Program-made: the position numbers and the translations under genes
The notes under the pieces: generated by a model
The model's input: the letters and a program-made list of their open reading frames with translations, nothing else
What the model was told of the DNA's origin: nothing
Database searches by the model: none
Assembly (NCBI GenBank): GCA_963801165.1
Contig: CAWDDT010000007.1
Span: 192,001-256,000 of the forward strand
Reading direction: 5' to 3'
Source: an uncultured bacterium
GTDB taxonomy: Bacteria; Actinomycetota; Acidimicrobiia; Spongiisociales; UBA5794
Length of the DNA: 64,000 bases
In this document: positions 57,680 to 64,000 of the stretch, piece by piece
Numbering within the stretch: position 1 is the first letter of the stretch
How the letters are laid out: the number at the start of each line of letters is the position of its first letter

Positions 57680-58310
57680 GTTCACCAGCAACACGGAGGG
57701 TGTCGATCCGGCGGTAGCCATGATCGAGTTCGCCTCGATCGCCGTCGGGATCATCGCGGGTGACGCGATGGTGAAGGCGTCGCCGCTTGGCTCCATCTAT
57801 GCGGGCACCGTCCACCCCGGCAAATATCTCGTGCTGGTGAGCGGAGACACTGCCAGTGTCGACGAGGCATTTGGTGTCGGTCTCGAGACGGGGGCCGCGT
57901 CCGTGCTGGATTCGGTGTTCCTACCGGACATCCATCCGGCGGTCACCGGAGCCATCGCCGGGGGAGAGGAGGCGGCCTGGATCAGCGGTGCCGCCCTCGG
58001 CATCGTAGAGACCGACCGGGTCGCCACCGTCATTCAGGCAGCAGACGCGGGGGTCAAGGCTGCCTTTGTGGAATTGAGCGCCGTCCGGTTGGCTGATGGT
58101 CTGGGCGGGAAGGGCTATGCGCTGTTCTCAGGAGAGGTTGGTGACGTCGAGGCCGCCGTCGCAGCTGCCGGGAGCTGGGCCGAGCGGTCGGGGCATCTGC
58201 TCGAGGCACGGGTGATTCCGCAGCTCGCCGACGAGATGGCGTACAACCTCCGGTCCGATCTGCGGTTCCGGCATAGGCTCGTGCTGCGGGCGGTGGAGAG
58301 GGGTCACTGA
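57672..58310 (+). CDS. BMC-T (PduT/HO-T1 type) shell protein
   Basis: AMIEFASIAVGIIAGDAMVKA, HPGKYLVLVSGD, ALGIVET, AADAGVKAA, RLADGLGGKG. Confidence 0.92.
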   Translation: MSEFTSNTEGVDPAVAMIEFASIAVGIIAGDAMVKASPLGSIYAGTVHPGKYLVLVSGDTASVDEAFGVGLETGAASVLDSVFLPDIHPAVTGAIAGGEEAAWISGAALGIVETDRVATVIQAADAGVKAAFVELSAVRLADGLGGKGYALFSGEVGDVEAAVAAAGSWAERSGHLLEARVIPQLADEMAYNLRSDLRFRHRLVLRAVERGH

Positions 58311-58311
58311 G

Positions 58312-58584
58312 ATGCAGCTCGGAAGGGTCCAGGGCACCGTGGTCGCCACCGTCAAGGCGAATGGGCTCGAAGGGGTGCGGTTCCTCGTGGTCCAACCACT
58401 CGACAGGAACCAGCAACCCGAGGGAGAGCCTCTGATCGCGGCCGATGCGGTTCACATGGCAGGCCCCGGCGAGCTCGTCTACATCGTGGCCTCGCGGGAA
58501 GCGGCTGAAGCTCTTCCCGAGCGATTCGTGCCCGTCGACCACGCCATCGTAGGGATCGTCGACCAGGTCGAGGTTGCGCCGTGA
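58312..58584 (+). CDS. BMC-P (EutN/CcmL) vertex protein
   Basis: MQLGRVQGTVVATVK, AGPGELV, VDHAIVGIVD. Confidence 0.94.
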   Translation: MQLGRVQGTVVATVKANGLEGVRFLVVQPLDRNQQPEGEPLIAADAVHMAGPGELVYIVASREAAEALPERFVPVDHAIVGIVDQVEVAP

Positions 58585-58857
58585 AGGTCGGGGTGGTCGC
58601 CGGGACGGTTGTGTCCACCATCAACTTCCCGTTCTTCGATGGCAAGAAGCTCCTGCTCTGTGATCTGCTCGAGGCCGACGGCACGAAGAAGGGCTACACC
58701 ATCGCTGTCGACCGCGTCGGCGCCGGGGTGGGCGAGACCGTCCTGATCATGGACGAAGGCAACTCGAGCGCGCCAGATGTTCGGCCTTACGACCGGGCCG
58801 GTGCGAGCCGTCATCGTCGGCATCGTCGACGCCATGGATCTCCCGTCACAGCCGTGA
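58581..58857 (+). CDS. Third BMC-P (EutN/CcmL) vertex protein with an apparent +1 frameshift at 58767
   Basis: VAGTVVST...IAVDRVGAGVGETVLIMDEGNS. Deleting A58767 gives ARQMFGLTTGPVRAVIVGIVDAMDL and a TGA at 58855-58857. Confidence 0.85.
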
Positions 58858-59636
58858 CGGGGAGAGTCGTCGGCCCGAAGGTTGTGGGCGTCGTCATGCC
58901 GCTGCTTCTCATTCTGGCCGGGTGCTTCGGCTCCAACGTTCCCGTCGAGCAACCGCTCGAGGTCGACTCGTGCGACCAGTTGGTTGAGGTAGGCATTGCG
59001 CTGGTGAACGACTACGTCTACACACTGCAGGACACGGATCTCGGGGCGACCCAAGGAGATCCGGAGAAGCTGCCCGCATCGCTGGTCACGCTGAATCTGC
59101 GTGGCTCGGAGCTCGACGCCAGGATTGTCGAGCTCGACTGTGACGCCGTCGCCATCAACCAGGCTGTTGCCGATGCGACCGCGGGGATCCAATCGGACGA
59201 TCCGGTCGTGATCGCGTTTCTCGACGCGGTCAGGGGCGGGATCGTGTCGCCGGTACTTCCCACCTACGGGACCTGGCTCCTGGATTCGGGGACGGTGAGC
59301 GGACAGGCACTCGCACCGGTACCGGACCATCCGATCACGCTCCAGATCGAGCGCGATGCGGCAAGCGGTTTTGCCGGCTGCAACGGCTACTACTACCCGG
59401 CAACGTTCGCCGATGGGCTGTGGACGTGGACCGGAGGAACACCGAGCGTGACCGACTTGAGCTGCCAGGACGCCGGCGGCGAGACACCCGCCGCCGTGAT
59501 CAAGACCGAAGCCGACTACCTCCAGGGGCTACGCGCCGTCACCGGGTACTCGCTGGAAGGCGAAGCACTGGTGCTGAGCGGCGACGGCGTCGAGCTTCGA
59601 TTCGTCCGCGGAGCAGGGCAGCCGACGGGCGGCTAG
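58854..59636 (+). CDS. Lipoprotein with a helical two-Cys domain and a C-terminal META domain
   Basis: GTG start overlapping the BMC-P stop (GTGA); lipobox LAGC; GTWLL, ASGFAGCNGY, TDLSC, EADYLQGL, LVLSG...LRF. Confidence 0.75.
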   Translation: MTGRVVGPKVVGVVMPLLLILAGCFGSNVPVEQPLEVDSCDQLVEVGIALVNDYVYTLQDTDLGATQGDPEKLPASLVTLNLRGSELDARIVELDCDAVAINQAVADATAGIQSDDPVVIAFLDAVRGGIVSPVLPTYGTWLLDSGTVSGQALAPVPDHPITLQIERDAASGFAGCNGYYYPATFADGLWTWTGGTPSVTDLSCQDAGGETPAAVIKTEADYLQGLRAVTGYSLEGEALVLSGDGVELRFVRGAGQPTGG

Positions 59637-59673
59637 CCGCGGGGTTGACGTGCTCGACGGTCGCAGCGGACCT

Positions 59674-60177
59674 CTACGCGTGGAACGTGCCCGGCCGGGG
59701 CTGAACCGAGGGCGCGACGTAGCCCTCTTCCCAGGGAAAGTGCCCCTCGAGATCGTCGTAGCTGAGCTGCAACACGGGAACGGAGTGCCTCTGCGGGCGA
59801 CGGTAGAAGTCGTTGGCCCCCAGCACGATGTCGCCGGGGTTGGGCAATTCCTCGGGAATGATCCGGTGGGGCCATTCCTCGATGGTGATGAGCTGCCCCG
59901 GAAGCAGGGCTTCACCCGACCGGACACGTTCGCCGAGCGTGTTCAGCACGCCCGATGCCGTCTCGGGGTCGACCCCGAAGATCAGCAACTCCGGGTGACC
60001 CATCCCAAAGAGACCGATCGTGTACGCAAACGATGGCCCGTCGTCGTCGGAGCAATCGCAGTCGGGATACGAGCAGGCGCCACCGGCAACGTACTGGATT
60101 GCCCACCCGTGGCGTCTTATCCGTGCGGTCAGCTCGGCCGCCTGTTGGTCGATCCATGCCTCGGCCTGTGCGTCCAT
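59674..60177 (-). CDS. DUF4262 domain protein
   Basis: IRRHGWAIQYV, FAYTIGL, GHPELLIFG, VLQL...D..GHFPWE. Confidence 0.85.
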   Translation of the reverse strand: MDAQAEAWIDQQAAELTARIRRHGWAIQYVAGGACSYPDCDCSDDDGPSFAYTIGLFGMGHPELLIFGVDPETASGVLNTLGERVRSGEALLPGQLITIEEWPHRIIPEELPNPGDIVLGANDFYRRPQRHSVPVLQLSYDDLEGHFPWEEGYVAPSVQPRPGTFHA

Positions 60178-60266
60178 GTGAGATTCCTTTCCTGTCTCCG
60201 CAGAATCTAGGAACCCGGGGTGACAGAAACCCGAGCTGCCGCGTCGGGCGTCCTAGACTCGCGGCG

Positions 60267-60926
60267 ATGGCACGACGGCTGGTCGTCGCATGGGCTCCCG
60301 GGGAGAAGGTCACCGCCCGGTTGGAGGTGCCCCGGGATGACCGGGGCGCCGCAATTCTGCTCGCTCATGGTGCCGGCGCCGGCCAGGATCATCCGTTCAT
60401 GGTGATGTTGCGGACGTCGCTGGCGGCAGCCGGCTTGACCACGATGTCGTTCAACTACCCGTACACGGAGGCTGGACGCAGGGCGCCCGACCGTATGGCA
60501 AAGCTGCTTGCGGTTCATCGGGCCGCGGCCGACCGGCTATCGGCGTACTGCGAAACCGTCTATCTCGGCGGCAAGTCGATGGGAGGCAGGGTCGGCTCAC
60601 ATCTTGCCGGTGACCAGGGGTGGCCTGCTGCCGGACTCGTGTACTACGGCTATCCGCTGGTGCCGCTGGGCGGGCGTGAGCCGCGCGACACGGCGCACCT
60701 GCACGAGATCGCCGTGGGGCAACTCTTCTTCGCCGGAACCAGGGACCGGCTTGGCCCACCCGATCTCATCAAGGCGCTGGCCACCAATCTGCCCGCCGCC
60801 ACCGTCGAGATAGTCGAAGACGGTGACCACTCGTTTCATGTCCCGAAGCGAGCGGGTCGCACCCACGAGGAGATCATCGCCCATCTGGCGCAGCGAACTG
60901 CGGCATGGATAGGCCGCAAAAGCTAG
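60267..60926 (+). CDS. Alpha/beta hydrolase (KANL3/Tex30-like)
   Basis: LAHGAGAG, GGKSMGGR, GYPL, GTRD, GDHSF. Confidence 0.88.
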   Translation: MARRLVVAWAPGEKVTARLEVPRDDRGAAILLAHGAGAGQDHPFMVMLRTSLAAAGLTTMSFNYPYTEAGRRAPDRMAKLLAVHRAAADRLSAYCETVYLGGKSMGGRVGSHLAGDQGWPAAGLVYYGYPLVPLGGREPRDTAHLHEIAVGQLFFAGTRDRLGPPDLIKALATNLPAATVEIVEDGDHSFHVPKRAGRTHEEIIAHLAQRTAAWIGRKS

Positions 60927-61041
60927 AAAAGTCAATCGGCTCAACTTTGTGGGAAAAGCCGCCGACAACGGAGTTGCTCGGAATGGCTGCGGTGGCGTGG
61001 TGTCACGCCCGCAGCTTTCGCAAATATGAATAGGGGAGTCA

Positions 61042-61416
61042 ATGAGAAAGATATCGATACTTCTGGCTGTGCTCGCTTTGTCTGTCGGTGCCTGCGGCGG
61101 CGGCGACTCGGCGGGCGACAGCAACACCTGCGAAGGTCTGGCCGACCAGGCGATAGGCCTCTTCCAGAACGTCGTGGACGATATCGACGGCATGACCATC
61201 GAGGAGATATCGGCCAGCAACGGCGACTTTCCATCGATGGACAAGTTCACCGAAGAAATGACGGGTCTCCAGGACCAGGCCGGCCAGATCGGCTGCGACG
61301 ACAGCCAGATGACGCAGCTCCTCACCGACCGGCTCGACAAGCTCACTTCCAAGACGCAGTTCGGCGATCTGATGATCTCGCAACTCAAGCAGTCTGGTTT
61401 CGACAGCGGCAGCTAG
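61042..61416 (+). CDS. Small acidic lipoprotein of unknown function
   Basis: RBS GGGGAG, signal peptide with lipobox VGAC, two further Cys. Confidence 0.8.
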   Translation: MRKISILLAVLALSVGACGGGDSAGDSNTCEGLADQAIGLFQNVVDDIDGMTIEEISASNGDFPSMDKFTEEMTGLQDQAGQIGCDDSQMTQLLTDRLDKLTSKTQFGDLMISQLKQSGFDSGS

Positions 61417-61498
61417 CCCGCAGGTCAATTGGCAGTAGTAGCGAGCCGGTGGGGTTGTCCTACCGGCTCGCCCTCGTTCGGTGGCGTCACCGGCGCGG

Positions 61499-62377
61499 TC
61501 AGCCGCGGCCTTCGTAAAAGCCGGAGGCCACCTTGCCGTCGAGGAGGTCGAGGATCCAGACCGAGGCTTTTGGCCATTTGCGGGTACCCCGTAGCCGCAC
61601 GCCACGCTCGTAGAGGTCGGTGAGCAACGGACCGATCCAGTCCTTGTGCGAGCTGAGAACAATAGATCCTGGGCCCAACGATGCCAGATAGGCGTAGATG
61701 GTTTCGAGGTCGGTGAACTCCTTCAGGGCCTTGCTGACGCCCACCTCCAGCTCGAGGGTCTCGGCGGCAGGGGCGATCGTCTCCCGGCAGCGCAGGGCCG
61801 GGCTCGCCCACATCTCGGTGATCGGATGCCTCGCCAGAATCTCGGCAACACCGAGCGACTGCTGCCGCCCCTTCTCGGTGAGCGGTCGTTTCTTGTCAGG
61901 ACCTTGCCATTTCGATCTCACACCGGCGTTGCCGTGCCGCACGAGATAGATGCGCGTCGAGGTCGGGTTGGTCAGCAGCGCGTGTGCCCGCTCGACGAGC
62001 CTGGCGTCCCGGTTGTAGCTCAGAAGCGCCTGAGCGCCGTGTAGCCCAACCCATTCGACCCTGTCGACCTCGGAGTTCGGCTTGAACTCACCCTTCTTGG
62101 CCTTCATCAGCCAGTATCGGACAACTTTGGTCCGGCTACGGAGTGTCTCGTAGGTGACTGCACCGAGGTAGTTGTGAGTCGTCGTCTTCAGACCCGTCTC
62201 CTCGAGGACCTCACGAACGGCTGCCTCTTCATAGGTCTCTTTGCCGTCGACCTTGCCTTTGGGGAGGGACCAGTCGTGATACCTGTTGCGGTGAACGACC
62301 AGAAACTCGGGGCCGCTGTCCGGATAGCCGTCGCGGTACAGAACGCCTCCGGCGGCGCGAACCGGTCGCACCGCCAT
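61499..62377 (-). CDS. mutT1: Nudix hydrolase-histidine phosphatase fusion (MutT1-like 8-oxo-(d)GTPase)
   Basis: AAGGVL, DWSLPKGK...AVREVLEETG Nudix box, LVRHG, SPALRCRET. Confidence 0.88.
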   Translation of the reverse strand: MAVRPVRAAGGVLYRDGYPDSGPEFLVVHRNRYHDWSLPKGKVDGKETYEEAAVREVLEETGLKTTTHNYLGAVTYETLRSRTKVVRYWLMKAKKGEFKPNSEVDRVEWVGLHGAQALLSYNRDARLVERAHALLTNPTSTRIYLVRHGNAGVRSKWQGPDKKRPLTEKGRQQSLGVAEILARHPITEMWASPALRCRETIAPAAETLELEVGVSKALKEFTDLETIYAYLASLGPGSIVLSSHKDWIGPLLTDLYERGVRLRGTRKWPKASVWILDLLDGKVASGFYEGRG

Positions 62378-62577
62378 CAGGTCTCTACCTCCGCAACGCT
62401 GACGCGTGGAACCGTCGTCAACGAAGATCTCCTTGTGTCGAGCCGAGCGCTCATCCTAGTGCCGGGTCTGAGGCATCCACCTCGACCTACCGTTGGAGAT
62501 TGTCGGACCGCTCGACCGTCTGATGAGAGCCCGGCGCATTCGGCTTTCGACCCTGCTGGCGTCTCGAGAGAGAGGTG

Positions 62578-63027
62578 TCAGGAATGGGTCTTCTCGATGT
62601 CGAGAACCTTGTTGCGCCGCCGGATGAAGCGCTCATCCTGGATGAACTCGGCACCGAGATAGGCGGTGACGATTTCCCTGGCGACCGCGACGCCGGTGAC
62701 CCGAGCGGCCAGCGCCAGCAGGTTGACATCGTCGTGCTCAACCGCCTGGTGGGCGGTATAGGTGTCGGTGGCCTGAGCGCATCGAATGCCGTCGAGCTTG
62801 TTCGCGGCGATCGCCGCTCCCGCACCCGACCCGCAGACGACGATCCCTCGCTCGGCCCGGCCGGCAAGCACGGCACGCCCCACCGCGGCCGAGAAGTCCG
62901 GGTAGTCGACCGGTACCGTCGAGTCGGTGCCGAGATCCAGCACGGAATGGCCGGCATCCGCGATGTACTGCTTGAGCTGTTCCTTCAGCTCGAAACCTGC
63001 GTGATCCGCTCCAATTGCAACGCGCAT
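62578..63027 (-). CDS. rpiB: Ribose-5-phosphate isomerase B (cytosolic copy, no N-terminal extension)
   Basis: MRVAIGADHAGFELK, VDYPDF, GIVVCGSGAG. Confidence 0.93.
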   Translation of the reverse strand: MRVAIGADHAGFELKEQLKQYIADAGHSVLDLGTDSTVPVDYPDFSAAVGRAVLAGRAERGIVVCGSGAGAAIAANKLDGIRCAQATDTYTAHQAVEHDDVNLLALAARVTGVAVAREIVTAYLGAEFIQDERFIRRRNKVLDIEKTHS

Positions 63028-63129
63028 GATCCTCACTTCGGCGGGAGAGTTGAGGGTACTCGATTCGGGCCGAGCCCGTTTCGCAGGAGAACGCCGGTTT
63101 GGCGCGGCCGGGCAATAGACTCCGGGGCA

Positions 63130-64000
63130 ATGGATTCGATCAGAGTCGTTGGTGGCACGCCGCTCTCGGGGAAGATAACCGTACACGGAGCGAAGAACGC
63201 TGTGCTGAAGCACATGGTGGCGATGCTGCTCGCCCCCGGGACCTACCGCCTCGACAACGTTCCGGGGATCCTCGATGTCGACATCATGGGCGAGGTGCTC
63301 GACCATGTGGGAGCGAGATGCGTCCGTCGCGGCTCGGTCATCGAGGTCGAGGTACCGGAGACTCTGCGTCCGGAGGCTCCGCTCGATCTGGTCCGGCGGA
63401 TGCGAGCATCGATACTGATCCTCGGTGCGTTGCTGGCACGGGTCGGGACCGCACATGTTGCTCTGCCGGGCGGCGACGATTTCGGATCCCGCCCCATCGG
63501 TATGCACATCGACGGTCTCGAGCAGATGGGTGCCGAGTTCGACCTCAAACATGGTGTGCTCAACGCCACCGCCCCCGACGGTCTCCACGGCACCGAGATC
63601 TTTCTGGAGTTTCCCAGTGTCGGTGCCACCGAGAACCTGTTGTTTGCGGCCGTCCTCGCCAAAGGCACCACCATCATCGGGAACGCAGCGCGCGAGCCGG
63701 AGCTGGCTGATCTCGCCTCTTTCCTCAACGCCATGGGGGCCGACATCAGGGGCGCGGGAACCTCGACGATCGAGGTGGTAGGCGTCCCCGAGCTACATCC
63801 GGCGGACCACACGGCGGTTGTCGATCGGCTGGTGGCGGGTACGTACGCCCTAGCTGCGGTCGCTACCGGTGGTGACCTCGAGGTCGCCGGGTGCAACCCG
63901 GACTTTCTCCGCATGGAGCTGCGGAAGATGGAAGCCGCTGGATGCGAGGTCCACCGGGGCGACGACTGGTTCAAGGTCTCCGGACCGGATCGGGCCCGCG
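63130..64000 (+). CDS. murA: UDP-N-acetylglucosamine 1-carboxyvinyltransferase, 3' end outside window
   Basis: Not in the ORF track because it has no stop. Reads MDSIRVVGGTPLSGKITVHGAKNAVL, RRMRASILILGALL, LPGGDDFGSRP, PSVGATEN, NAAREPE. Confidence 0.95.
   Translation, partial: MDSIRVVGGTPLSGKITVHGAKNAVLKHMVAMLLAPGTYRLDNVPGILDVDIMGEVLDHVGARCVRRGSVIEVEVPETLRPEAPLDLVRRMRASILILGALLARVGTAHVALPGGDDFGSRPIGMHIDGLEQMGAEFDLKHGVLNATAPDGLHGTEIFLEFPSVGATENLLFAAVLAKGTTIIGNAAREPELADLASFLNAMGADIRGAGTSTIEVVGVPELHPADHTAVVDRLVAGTYALAAVATGGDLEVAGCNPDFLRMELRKMEAAGCEVHRGDDWFKVSGPDRAR

Noticed and set aside
53450-58857. Ethanolamine, propanediol or carboxysome assignment of the BMC
   Set aside because: No EutBC, PduCDE, glycyl-radical enzyme or RuBisCO; the signature enzymes are DeoC and RpiB.
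698-62377. Dedicated DNA-damage/oxidative-stress island (nei, AlkD-like, sodN, mutT1)
   Set aside because: The genes are scattered over 60 kb in unrelated operons and are ordinary actinobacterial core functions.
62519-62552. Hammerhead ribozyme (CTGATGAG followed by a stem)
   Set aside because: The required GAAA after stem II is absent (reads TTCGACC).

Overview
GC-rich bacterial chromosomal segment, most likely from an Acidimicrobiia-type actinobacterium. This is inferred from Cys-paired SLH domains, NiSOD, a MutT1-type Nudix-phosphatase fusion, MurA with Cys-to-Asp, and a Nei glycosylase. About 1-34 kb is a cell-surface glycan locus: many glycosyltransferases, a cytidylyltransferase/HpcH-aldolase/dehydrogenase/HAD cassette, a GT2-pyruvyltransferase fusion, a UDP-HexNAc dehydrogenase and four secreted triple-SLH proteins. 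It is interrupted at 17.26-18.25 kb by a DUF559 endonuclease flanked on both sides by REP-like palindrome clusters. About 34-53 kb holds korAB, an amidase, an AlkD-like repair protein, sodX/sodN, a xylFGH-like transporter with a ROK repressor, murJ and an ABC-2 exporter. About 53.4-59.6 kb is a bacterial microcompartment operon of the sugar-phosphate-utilisation type: RpiB, DeoC and aldehyde dehydrogenase, all with encapsulation-peptide-like N-termini, plus a Haliangium-like shell set of 1 BMC-H, 2 BMC-T and 3 BMC-P. The window ends with mutT1, a second rpiB and a partial murA. Several small frameshifts (4.6-9.2 kb and 58767) may be sequencing errors. No rRNA, tRNA, CRISPR array or integrase was seen. 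All family calls come from motif recognition by eye, not from database searches.
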